Below are positions 27,215-39,195 of a stretch of DNA of 64,000 nt, piece after piece. This DNA comes from Malacoraja senta (lineage: Eukaryota): NCBI GenBank assembly GCA_038087875.1, contig CM075982.1:23312001-23376000 (forward strand), written 5' to 3'. The position numbers and the translations under genes were made by a program. The notes under the pieces were generated by a model. The model made no database searches. It had not been told where the DNA came from and worked only from the letters and a program-made list of their open reading frames with translations. How positions within the stretch are numbered: the first letter of the stretch is position 1; each line of letters opens with the position of its first letter.

Positions 27215-30112
27215 ATTGCAAACTTTAACATCTCTTGTTATATTGTTAAAAAAATTATATCTCTGTATCCCTCTCTCCATTCACTTTCCTCTGCTCCCAC
27301 TCATCCAAGTTCCACCCATTTTCATGTATTCATTACCTTTCCTGATCTTCTCCACCCTAATTAGAATGATTAGTCCTCAGAGGCAGACAAAAATGCTGAA
27401 GAAACTCAGCGGGTGCAGCAGCATCTATGGAGCGAAGGAAATAGGCAACGTTTCGGACCGAAACCCTTCTTCAGACTCGAGGCCACAGTTTAATCCCTCA
27501 ATATTTCCATTTTAATGAATTTTGACCCCAACCTGTTGACGTCTTCTTACCCCAACAACGTCCTCTTCAGTTGCTTCCATCCCCAATTTGTTAGCTGGAG
27601 TTCTCACCCCAGACTTTGCATTAGTTTGATCATTTCTTTCTTTCCTCTTTATTAGTTTAGTTTTATATTTTGCTGGTTTCTAAAGCTTGCCTTGCATTCC
27701 AGCCTATCACTATTCACAGTACTGTCTTTTCCTTCAGTTTCTTTTGTTGGGCAGAGCGGGATGATCAATCTTCTCAAACCTTTATTTCTCAAAGGAATGT
27801 ATCGTTGTTGAAAATTACAAAATATCAAATGTCTGCAGCTGCTTATCATTCCTTTTACCTCTTAATCTGATTTACCAGTCCACTTTAGCAAACCCTGTAT
27901 TCATACCAAAGTTTTGATCACGGGTTTTTAAACTTCTTATTCTCAAAATGATTACAAAATTCTTTAAAGTTAAGATCACGCTCTTTTCCCCCAAGATCAT
28001 AAATTAATTATCTGTCATTGCGTATGATCAGATATAAAGTAACCAGTGTAGGAAGGAACTGCAGATGCTGGTTTACACCGAAGATGGTCGCAAATGGATG
28101 GAGTAACTCAGCGAGTCAGGCAGCATCTCTGGAGAAAAGGAATAGATGACGTTTTGGGTTGAGACCCTTCCTCAGACCCTAAAATAGTCTGTTCACTGTT
28201 AATTCCACGATATTTTGTTCTAAGAAACCGTCGTGAATATACACTGAACTGGTCCACAAGGCTGTCAATTTGTTTTGTTCAATATACTCGACGGTTTTAA
28301 AATCACATATTTATTTCTTGCCCCTATGATGCTTAATTTACACTCTGTTCTCGAATACGCTTTAGTTAGGGTGTCTATAGACTAGTCCTAAAGTGACTAC
28401 TTTCCTTTTCCTGCTTCTTAATTCCACCCAAAGTGATCTCATTGCTGGATCTCCTGGACCAAGATTGTTTCTCATTATCTAATCTAATCTAATATTTTAT
28501 TCATTGAGCTACCTGCATCCTTTAGTTTCCTGCCTATCCTTCCATTATTTTCTTTGTGAGGATTTACAGTTTGGTGCAATTTTAGAACTTGTCAAGTGAT
28601 TTCCTTTCACATAATTCAGGGAAAGTGGATTTTCTTCCAGGAATTTAGCTTGGCTCTGTTGTGACACTCACCACTTCCGCCTATGGGTCATGATTATGTA
28701 CATGAGAGCAGTGGAACGAATTACATTTGTGTGTCTGGAGTCACATTTTGATCAAACCGAGCATGCCCAATTTCCATCCCATCCAATTAAGCAGATGAGT
28801 TCCACAAAAATGGGATTGTTTCAAGGTTACCATTACCAATGCAGGGCTTGAATTCAAGACTGACTTAATTACTTAAAAACAAGTTTCTTAGCCATCTTGG
28901 TGCAAACTTGTTACTTTCAACGAACAGTCCTGAACTTTGGACGGTAGCCCTGCACTTAATGACTAAATAAAAACTCCTCTTGAATGTAATAACTATGAAC
29001 TTCTATGGTTCGTCTTTGGTTGCACTGAGGAATTCGGATTTTGCACAGGTATTATGGTTATTAATTTATAAAATTTTTAAAAATGATTATATGTGTACAT
29101 TGCATTTACGGGCCTTTTTGTATGAAATGGCAAGATCATGAATACCACCCTAAATATAAGGTTCCTTGCCAAATTCTTAGTTATTAAGATGAATGTTTTA
29201 CAGAGCATCAGCCAAACCTTCTCCTCTTTCCGCCAATAAATTTGACTTCAGCTCCTCATGGCTTAACTTCCCCTGTGGACGTATGCAAATTATTCACAAT
29301 ACAGGCGTATCAACATGGTAGAAATAAGCAACTGCAGATGCTGGTTTACAAAAAAAGGACATAAAATGCTGGAGTGATGATCAGGCAAAATCCCTGGAGA
29401 ATGATGTGATGTTTTGGGTCAGGACAGACTGATTGTGGGAGGGGGTTGCCCCTTCTCTCTTCCTGCTTTCTTTCGCCCTTCTTACAAATAATCCGATGAA
29501 GGGTCCCAACCCAAAACGTCATCAATCCATGTTCGCCTGACCCGCTGAGTTATTCTTGACTTTATGTCTTTTCTACATAGTGTTTGCCTTTTTTTAAGGT
29601 CACACAGAAAGTCACACATTACAATTGAGTTTTAATGTACTGGAGATTAAATTCCCTTGAATGGGCCACAGGTTGCTGATTTTGGAAATTTTCAATCATT
29701 GACAAAAATAATTGACATCTACATCCAATCAATTCACAGAAAACAGATAAAAATGAAAGTTAAAAATGTAAATGGTAGAAACTCAAAACAAAAGTAGAAA
29801 GGGCTGGAAACCCACAGCAGACAGCACCCATAAAGAAAATGATAAACTGAGAGATAAGCAACCATTTAAACTTGATTTGCTTATGTTGTCAATTTACATA
29901 GCTGAGAAAGTTGAAACTAAAAACATTTCAAATTTATTCTTTATAGTAGGTGATCTGAATTGTAGATGTCTTGTATTTTTTAATTTACTCCGATTGTTTC
30001 AGTGAGACCAGACTTTATTTAAAGGCCCCAACTATAATCCGGTCATTAGCTGTTTTCAAACCCTGTTCTTGCTCCATATCCTATATCCTATAGATATTAT
30101 ATTATGCCAAAT

Positions 30113-30233
30113 GGAGCGAAGAAATAGGTGACGTCACCTATTCCCTCTCTCCAAAGATACTGCTTCACCCGATGAGTTTCTCCAGCAATTTTGTCCACCT
30201 TTGATTCTTACAGCATCTGCAGTTCTTTCTTAA
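30113..30233. mobile_element. Collapsed palindromic Penelope-terminal-repeat insert with 14-bp TSD
   Basis: Palindrome centred on aataggtgacgtcacctatt. TSD ATATTAT(G/A)CCAAAT at 30099-30112 and 30234-30247. Confidence 0.75.
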
Positions 30234-30694
30234 ATATTATACCAAATAATCTTTTTCACTCTCCTATGCTCTTATGCTCTCACTTTCCGTTTAGTGAGTA
30301 GTTTTCCTTATACGTCATTTGATTTTTGTTTCATCTAAAACAGATATTCTGCAAAAATCTTAACAACATCATAAAATGTGTGAATATCTGGACACATTCT
30401 ATCATTTCCAGCTGTGGTATAAAAATGATAGCAGTTTTTAAAAATATGTTCATCAAGGTCAAGATCATGAAACAGAAATTTATATCCACATTCCTTCATA
30501 GCATGTGAGAAAGCAGTGACTTAAAAATAATCCAACATATCGGCAAAGAATTAAATAGTGGAATAATGGCAATCACTTAAAGGATTAAGCTGCTCATGAG
30601 TGACGGCACCAAATACCAGAAACCAAAGTGTTTTTTTGTTAACCTGCAACTATTTATTTACTATCTGTTCATGAATATCTCAATCTATAAGTGA

Positions 30695-30950
30695 AACTAG
30701 CACAAGGACATACATTTAAGGTAAGAGGGGAAAGACTTAATAGGAACCTGAGGGGCAACCTCTTCACACAGGTTGCTGGGTAAATGGAACAAGCTGCCAG
30801 AGGAGGTAGTTGAAGCAAGTACTATAACAAGATTTAAAAGACATTTGGACAGATACGTGGATAGGAAAAGTTTAAAGTGATATGAGTCCCAAACAGGGAC
30901 AGGTGGAACTGGTGTGGATGGGGCGTATTGGTCGGCATGGGCAAGTTTTC
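30695..30950 (+). mobile_element. CR1 LINE 3' fragment
   Basis: Encodes FKVRGERLNRNLRGNLFTQ...WNKLPEEVVEASTITRFKRHLDRYVD. Confidence 0.8.
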
Positions 30951-33499
30951 AGGTTACAGCTTGAGTTTGCAAGCTAGCACAAACATTGATAATGATCTAA
31001 AATCATTTAACAAAGTCTCCTGGTTTCTTTTGATGCATTTGTGGATGAACTAAAACAGAATGCTGCAAGTGCCCCAATCATCTGTTCTGTAGCTTCAGTG
31101 TGTCACCAGTTCATCGTCCTTGCCTAAGACATGTATTGGCAACAAAATTATAGGTTTGCACCCAAACCTGCTGAGCACTAAATTAGAGGCGTTCCACAGG
31201 TGGTCAATGTGACCTGTTAGCCAAACAGTATGGGAGTAAAACGATAAATGCAAGGTTTAGCTAATTCTAATCCAACTATTGCAATGTCAAATTAGCGATT
31301 TTTATACATGAACAGAATGTTGGTGTTGCTAAGGGCAACATTCATTGGCAGACCCCAATTGCCTTTGAGCCAACTTCTTGAAATTCTGCAGTCATGATGG
31401 TAGCTTGCTGTGTAAAGGCGATCACTCATGTCAAGGACAGAATGATATTTAAGGAATCACTTTTAAGTGCCCCTTCTATTTAGCACTGCCTGCACCTCTT
31501 ATATTTCATAGGTTCTCCTCCATTCCTGGCTCTCAGCATGTGGGCCTTAGGTGCCTGGGCAGTTGGTGGTGTAGACAGTACTGAAGAATTCACATGTGCC
31601 ATGGTTATCAAGTTGCTGGACATCCTCTGTTCTTTACATATGCAGCCTTTCTATTTGGCTACGAGTCTCTGTTTGATTTTTGCCTCCAGATGCCTGTAGA
31701 TCAATTCCTTTTCCTTTGAGGCTTGGTGGAATTTCTCTAGTCGAAGTTCTTACATTTGCAGTTAATCAGGTCTCTGTTTGCGTGCTTATGGCCAATGGAT
31801 ATTGATGATGAGAGACATGGGGATGGTAATGTTATTGAATGTCAAGGGTAGGCGTCCTCATTTTGGAAATCATCATTGCCTGGCTTTCCTATGGGGTGCG
31901 AGTCATTCTTTTACTGAAGATTTGCAAATTAAATCAAAAATTGCTCACTGATGGTTGTGTATCCCCACTGATGATAGAAGGAATGTCATTGATGAAGCAG
32001 CTGAAGATGGCTGGGCCTTGATCACTAAACTGAGAAACTCCTGTAGTGATATCTTGTGGCTCCGACTACCACAATCATTTTCTAATTGCAGAGGAATGGC
32101 TCCAGCAACTGGAGTGTTCTCTCTTTGGTGCTCATTGACTTTGGATTTACCATGGCTCCTTATGCCACACTCAATCAAGCACTGCCTTGATTTTAAGAGC
32201 AATCACTCTCACATCAGTTTTGCAATTCAGCTCTTCAATCCATGTTTGTATCAAGAATGTGTTAAAATCTGAAGCCAAATTGTCTTGGAAATCTAAACTG
32301 AGAATTGGTGAGCAGGTTATTGGTGAGTAAATGTCACTTGATAGCATTGTCAATATCAACTGTGCTGATGATTGAAAATAGACCTTTTTAAGCAGTAATT
32401 AGCCAGACTGGATTTGCCCTGCTTTATGTATCATAGATGGGCAATTTTCCACCTTGTTGATTGCACTCAAAACAGCAAAGGCTATGGAAGCAGAAAACAT
32501 GACATTATGCTAAATATACTGGAATAGCTTGGCTCGAAGCACAGCTGGTTCTGGAATGCAGGCCTACAGCACTACACCTAGGATGTTGTCTGGTTCCATA
32601 GCCTTTGCTGTATTCAGTGGACTCATTTGTTCTCTGTATTTTGTGGAGTGATTCAAATGGGCTGGAGATTGGCTTCTGTGGTAGAGGGGTTCTGAGATGG
32701 GAGCTAATAAGAATCTTATGTTCAGCACTTCTGGATAAAGTTACAAATGCTTCAGCTTTTTCTCCTACCCACCTGCTGGGCTTTGCCATTGTTGAGGACA
32801 GAGATGTTCTCGGAGAAGTTCTTGTTCTCCCATCAGTTGTTTAATTGACCACCTGATCTGTGTGTTGTAAAATCACTTAGCTCTGTCAAGAAATGGATGC
32901 AGGTAGTCTCTGTAGCTTCACTAGGCTGGCACTTTATTATTTCCAGGTCTGCCTGATAGCATTCATGTCCTTCTGCATTCCTCACTGAGCCAGGGGTGAT
33001 ATCTCATGTTTGAGACCAATGGTAGGGTGAGGAAAATTCCAGGCCTTTATATTACAGACTGTGGATTGTTCATTCATGCTGCTGCCGATAATCCCACAGA
33101 GCTCTCTGTTTTGAGCTGCCAAATCTGTTCTGAGTATTTCCCATTTAGCACATATATAGAGCCACAAAGCACAATGAAGGCTATCCTCTAATGCATCTCC
33201 CCAAGCACTGTGAGCTGATCACTTCCAGGAATTATATCATGGGAAAATGCATCTTCCACAGGTGGATTGGTGAACATGAACATGAATTTGAGTAGAATTA
33301 TTTCTCACATTGGTTCCGACACAACTTGCCAAAGACAATCTGGAAGGAAAGTCTTTCAAGAGTTATCCAGCTTGATCTGTGGTGTTGCTATCAAGCCACT
33401 CATGGCGATGGATGCTGAGGATCCCCACTCAGAATACTTTATGGTTTTTCAGTACAGTTTTTCTTTGTACAACATGAGGACCACTCCATCATCAGCTTT

Positions 33500-34495
33500 C
33501 CGGAAGTGGCGGCGCTGTTAATCGGCTGCGGCTCGCCTGCAGTCCGTCTGTTTTTACTTTTTCTGTTGGGTTTTTTTGTCCTGTTTTGTTAAGTTTTAGT
33601 TTGTTGGGTTATGTTAGGGGGGGAGAAACATGTCCTCTGTCTCCTCCTTTGGGGGAATGCGACTTTTTCGTGTCGTATCCCCCTTCCCTGCCTCCGTCTG
33701 CGGTGAGGCCTAATGGCGGAGCTGGCCGCCTCCATCCTGCGACCGACCCCGAGGCTACGGAGGCAGAGCCAGCCAGGACTTACCAACGAGATGCTGGCCG
33801 TCTTCGGGGCTGAGGCAGCAGTGGCCCGACTTGCTGGTGCGGCGTCCTGGCTTTCGGCGGCGGCCTGGAGCTGATGCAGCGGGGTCCGGAGCGGAGACTG
33901 CGGGACCTGGAGCTGATACAGCGGGGTCCGGAGCGGAGACTGCGGGACCTGGAGCTGATACAGCGGGGTCCGGAGCGGAGACTGCGGGACCTGGAGCTGA
34001 TACAGCGGGGTCCGGAGCGGAGACTGCGGGACCTGGAGCTGGTGCGGCGGGGTCCGGAGCGGAGACTGCGGGACCTGGAGCTGATGCAGCGGGGTCCGGA
34101 GCGGAGACTGCGGGGCCTGGAGCTGGGGCGGTGGCCCGGAGCGGAGACTGCGGGACCCGGGGCTGATGCTGTGGTGGGCGCTCTCGGAGCGGAGACGGCG
34201 TTCCGGCTTTCGGCGGCGGCGACATCACCACGGAGGTCCGCTGGACTGGAGGGCGGCATCTTCGGCCTGGATCGATCGCCTCAGCGCAGAGAGAGAACAA
34301 GGAGGGAAGAGACGGAGACTAAGACTTTGCCTCCATCACAGTGAGGGTGTGCTTGGTGAACTCACTGTGGTGGATGTTTAATTTGTATTTATTGTATGTT
34401 TTGTTATTATTGGTTCTGTGTATGACTGCAGGCATCACAATTTCATTCAGACCGAAAGGTCTGAATGACAATAAAGGAAACTTGACTTGACTTGA
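33500..34495 (+). mobile_element. Unclassified GC-rich non-autonomous retroposon (copy A) with internal VNTR and Rex1/Babar-like tail
   Basis: Starts CCGGAAGTGGCGGCG, then a T-rich block, a G-run and a CpG-rich body. Hairpin at 34332-34374, 3' stem-loop at 34443-34468, AATAAA at 34470-34475, (CTTGA)3 tail. Confidence 0.75.
33864..34170 (+). repeat. 42-bp GC-rich minisatellite, about 7 units
   Basis: Unit CCTGGAGCTGAT(A/G)CAGCGGGGTCCGGAGCGGAGACTGCGGGA starts at 33864, 33906, 33948, 33990, 34032, 34074 and 34116 (last unit degenerate). Confidence 0.95.
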
Positions 34496-35732
34496 GGGGG
34501 AGGGAGGGGAGAGGAAGGAGGTGGTATTGTGATGGAGCAATCTGCTTTGTTGAGTCTCAGTTCATCCCATACCGATTGACATTGACGGATTTGTCATCTG
34601 GAGGAATAACTCAAGGTGGGTGAATAACTCTGACTTCTGTCATTACCAGAAGCCGATGCAAAGCAAGCCAAATAGGAGATATAATGCACGTTGTCCTACT
34701 GTACAGTCTCCGCCAGGGATGTATTGGTACTGTAGAAGTATAAGTTGACTACGTTTGGGATAAAGGCCTGTTATATCTTGTGAAGATTGTCTAAAATGCC
34801 ATTTAAGGTCATATAACCTGCTTATACTTCCCGAGTAGACTTTCAGATAAAATGACGTAAGTGAAGGCTGCAGACACTTATGGAACCATATGTATAGAAG
34901 AGTCACAAAGGGAGAAATTAGTCCTCAGTCTCATGGCGGATGCATGGCAGAGTGGCATTGAAGTCTACTTCTGATGTCAGAATGCAAGTACAACATGCAG
35001 ATGTGACAGTGACATATATTTAACAGGCGACCCAAGATTAAGTTCAACCACATCACCATCAGGACGGAGTGTTTGTTGGGACAATTTAGAGGCAACTTTA
35101 TTCTGTCTCGTGTTTTACCTACACTCGGGTGTTTACTGGGTCACATTATGTAAGCTGATCATGCTCTTGGAATATTGAAGAGGCCATATAAATAGGGACC
35201 TCACCCTGCATCAAACCTAAACTTTACCTGGAAAACAAAGACATTCCCATTAATAACCGTATAAAATAGAAAGAATGGCTGTACGTGGTGAATGGATTAA
35301 CTTGCAGAGGAAGTCTGGAGCCAATATCCTGAGCCTCCAAGGTATTACACAGAATGATGTGGACTTCTGAAAGTAAGTGGGGGAGATAATAGAAGAATTT
35401 GGAAAAATACATGTTAAATATTGAGATTAAGATACCAGAAAATGTTATACTCTATATTGGAAGTAATCTTCTAACTTTGGCAACTTAATATTGGTCCACA
35501 CAGATGCATAACACAGGATTAAATGTGCTTCAATAAATTGTATTTAACATCAAAAGCACAATAAAATGGCCACTTCCAGAATAAGCAAATGAAAAGGGAC
35601 TGCTTGAACCTTTTGTTGTATTTTCATCTGTATCCTCTTGTAATTTGCACATTCTGTTCCAATTTTGAATTACTATTCAATCACAGTTACAGCTGTTTCT
35701 GGTTCTTTGGTGCCTGCATTTACAGAGTAGCC

Positions 35733-35838
35733 CATGCAAATACTTTATACAAGGAAAAAACTAATGGGGGGGTGGGGGGAATACATTGACTTCATTAACT
35801 CAAGCAATGCTGTACAAAGGATGCAGTGCAGGCATGCT
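35733..35838 (-). promoter_or_regulatory. Candidate RBFOX-type intronic splicing enhancer downstream of the 45-nt exon
   Basis: On the transcribed (minus) strand there is GCATG at 35833-35837 and TGCATG at 35733-35738, both within 130 nt of the donor, in repeat-free intron. Confidence 0.5.
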
Positions 35839-35860
35839 GGGATTGTTTTTGGAAACTCAC

Positions 35861-35905
35861 CATGGAGCTTTTAGGGAAAAACATCCTGCCCCAAACAGGT
35901 AAGGT
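35861..35905 (-). CDS. BCAS3: BCAS3 45-nt frame-preserving cassette exon (phase 2/2)
   Basis: The minus strand reads ccccctcactgaag|A CCT TAC CTG TTT GGG GCA GGA TGT TTT TCC CTA AAA GCT CCA TG|gtgagt, giving PYLFGAGCFSLKAP(C). This matches the 15-aa segment PYLFGAGCFSIKAPC that I recall distinguishing long and short human BCAS3 isoforms. Confidence 0.93.
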
Positions 35906-38029
35906 CTTCAGTGAGGGGGGAAAGAGATACAAATATAGAATTAATCCATCAATAAAAAGAAAACACGGTCCAATTTGAAATAAAATGTTGTACACACGTT
36001 ATCATTTCACTGAGATTCAACAATTAGGGAAAGAAAATGCAAATACTTATTTAACAATAAGTCAAAAATTGGAAAAGGCCAGAAATGCACCTTTGCTTTG
36101 GATAACAAACTGGCACAGTTGGAAATCTATCATCAAATTTAGTAGATTCCTGACCGAGTCATTGAGAAATCTGCTCAGATAGTTTCTCTGCATCTGATAT
36201 GCGGTGGATTCTGTTTACACATCCCACTCCCACAGAATTACACAAGACCAACTTGAATCTTTTTAACAGTTAGATTCAACCCACTTTGTTATAACTAACA
36301 ACAAATGCCAACTGAAACAATCAACGGTCTTGGTTTCATATGCTTATAGATCTGTTAAGTATTTCCAGCATTTTCTCTCATGTCATTAAAATCTGATTTT
36401 TATCCATTTTTAAAACTGACAGTACAAACTGGATAGCGATTCATTTTGGACATGTGTTGTGGTGCACTGTAATCTAGGTATGTTACGAGGCAGCATGTAT
36501 CTGAGGCTGGGCCGATGCCGGAGGAGTTCATGTTTACAGAGTGACGCTCATGTTTATTTGCCCTGGGTCTCAGATGAGTGGAACAACTGCATAAATGGAG
36601 TTGATCTCCTGTATACAAATGTGATGTTTATGGAACACAATTTTATGTTATGTGTGCTGTAAACCTGGATTTGTTCCATTTGAAATGCTGTTCAACCATT
36701 TTTGTCTTCAACATCTAGCAATTTTACACATCTTCATTCCCAAGAAGGACAAGGTGTTAGGACATTTCTTGAAATGGCACCATTGATCTTTATTCAATTA
36801 ACAAAGGGGCCAAAGGATTGGATTAATCAGTTTTATCAGTTCATTTCCCTCACTTCCACCCCAACTAGGAAGCCACCATAAATTACCCACTGTTTACTTG
36901 GGGGAGGGGGGGGGGGGGAGAGTGGAGGGGCAGGTAGTGGTTGTACAAACAAACTTCTACTACAGAATTTAACTGTAGCGCAGATACATCAAGTAACTTG
37001 AAGGCATTTTTGTATTTTAATTGTTCTCACCACAGTGTTCTAGATTTAAGAAAGCTTGCATCAAGGTAGGTTGGAGGGCAAATGTTAACATGTGCAATAC
37101 TACAGTATTCTGCAACTCCTGAGAGCTGGGATCTTTAGCATGCTATCACTGAAGACTACGGTGAAGACATTATTCCTGCTACTGGAGAGTATCTTGGAAG
37201 CATTTCATCTACACTACAGCCTCAAAAGGTTATGCTACATCTAATTTAGTTTTTAGTTCAGAAATACAACATGGAAACAGGCCCTTCGGCCCACTGAGTC
37301 CACGCTGACCATTGATCACCTATTCACACTAGTTATATGTTATCCCACTTTCTCATTCACTCCCTACACACCAAGGGCAATTTACAGAGGCCAGTTAACC
37401 TACAAACCCATACGTTGAAGCTCGAGGAGGAATCCCACATGGTCAAGAGGAGAACATGCAAACTCCACACATACAACACCCCAGGTCAGGATCGAACACG
37501 GGTCTCTGGCATCGTGAGGCAGCAGCTTCACCAGCTGTGCCAATGTGCTGCCAAAAAGCTGTTCTTTCAAGGCACACTGTTTTCTTAAGCTAGGTTATCT
37601 GAAATCAATTTCAAAAATCAACATCAGCCATCAGAGTTTGGGCAAATGAGTCAATATATTAAAAACATCCTTTGAATGTATTCATTTTTCTCTCTTTGAA
37701 AGACTTTCATTTGAAAACACCATAAAGAATCCAGAAGGCAATAGATATTAGCTGCAACATACGATGATGAATTATGCAAGCATCAGTAACAATGGGAGAT
37801 GGGAGACTAGGCTATCCTTTGAAACTACCTCCTGTAATGAAATGCTTGGATGGAATGAGATGCTAGAATCCACTGCGTTATTTCTCAGGATCTTGCCCAT
37901 TTCATTGGCAAAAGATCTTTCAAGCCATTGGAAAATTGTTAGTAAATGCTTTGTTGAAGAAGATTGTGTTACACAAAATCACCAGATTTTATAAGTAAAT
38001 TTCATTTCTGAATTTAGTCTGTCTCAATG

Positions 38030-38632
38030 CCATTAAGTCAGTGTGCAAGAATAATCAAAGGTAAACTTAATTCTGATGCAGTAGTACACCAATAGAATTA
38101 AATAATGGCTGTTGGTTCAAAAATAAGACACATAATCAAGTAACATTATGCCTTTGTGTGTACATCATAACGTAAAAATCACCCTAAAATAATTCCTAAA
38201 CAGGTTTTGAATCTTAGCCTCATTTTAGCATTATAAACTGTTCAAGATTTCTTATTGCATCTTATAACTTAAATGAGAGACTTTCATTCAATAACCAATG
38301 TTTCCCCATTATCTATTTAATTAAAATGTGATAATTTAAGCCCATTGGTGAAGAGATTGAATCATTGATCTTAACAAAGCTTTGCATTTATATAATTATT
38401 GGGCAAAGTATGCAGTCAAACCCAAATTCATGACATCAAAGTGTTACCATTTCAGGATATTTTCTTTTTTGTCTCCTCTGACAGCTAATTAGTCCTCTCC
38501 CATCAGAAGCATTTGCCTCTGTTTGCCTCCGGCATGGTTTAATGGATTAATAATTACATCAAGCCTCTTTATATTTCCACTGGGTTGATAATAATGGCAT
38601 TGCCATTACCGATAAATATTTTGCCATCATAA
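38030..38632. promoter_or_regulatory. Candidate conserved non-coding enhancer
   Basis: Repeat-free AT-rich block with TCF/LEF-type ATCAAAG (38054-38060; ACATCAAAG 38433-38441), TGACAG (38479-38484), palindromic CTAATTAG (38485-38492) and many TAAT/ATTA. Conservation not tested. Confidence 0.4.
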
Positions 38633-39195
38633 AGGGCCTGTCCCACTTGGGCGGCCTAATCTGCGAGTTCTAGCGAGTTTGCCCTCGACTCATACTCGCA
38701 GCATGGTTGACACGAGGTCGTAGGAGGTCTTTGTAACTCTCCTTCATGCTCGAGAGTGGTCTCCGCGTACTGGAGGCCTCAGCTAGGTCGCGGCGTTTAT
38801 TTCAATATGATAAAAAATGCCCGCGAGTAAAAAAAGGTCACCATGGAAAAAAATCGATACTTTTTTTACTCGAAGGTATAGTCGTAGTTGGTCATAGTCA
38901 GTTGGCATGTTAGTCGTAGGTAATCGAGGTTAGTCGAAGGTAGTTGTAGATAGTCTTCATCATAGTCGAAGGGAGGTCAAAGGGAGGTTGAAGAAGATCG
39001 AAGGAGATCGTCTTCACTCTCCACTATTCGGTGTCCAATTTTCCTGAAGTTAGACGTAGCTAGTCGAAGCTGGTCTTCAATATAATCGAAGGAGGTCGAA
39101 GGAGGTCTTCTACATAGTCGAAGGAGGTTTTCAACATGTCATTTTTTCAAACTCTTCTAAACTCGCCAATTAGGTCGCCCAAGTGGGACAGCCCC
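38633..39195. mobile_element. PIF/Harbinger-like MITE (last TIR base and right TSD displaced to 42093-42096 by a CR1 insertion)
   Basis: TAA + AGGGCCTGTCCCACTTGGGCGGCCTAAT at the left end and ATTAGGTCGCCCAAGTGGGACAGCCCC at the right. Internal tagtcg/gtcgaagga repeats. Confidence 0.8.

Larger units (their letters stand above)
31310..34625 (-). mobile_element. Old CR1-group LINE remnant (RT region) hosting the GC-rich element at 33500-34495
   Basis: The minus strand gives QTWIEELNCKTDVRVIALKIKAVLD (ORF 32171..32359) and, near 31960-32030, GPAIFSCFINDIPSIISGDTQPS in another frame. Many stops and frameshifts. Confidence 0.65.

Noticed and set aside
33864-34170. CRISPR-like or other prokaryotic repeat array
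   Set aside because: The units are contiguous with no unique spacers, there are no cas genes, and the context is a vertebrate intron.
33755-34381. Overlapping 111-181 aa ORFs on both strands (APGPAVSAPDPAVS repeats)
   Set aside because: By-product of a stop-poor 42-bp GC-rich VNTR. There are no splice signals or recognisable domains.
34643-34906. 87-codon minus-strand ORF ending at a phase-2 donor-like TG|gtaatg
   Set aside because: No in-phase acceptor with a pyrimidine tract, and no similarity to any BCAS3 isoform I recall.
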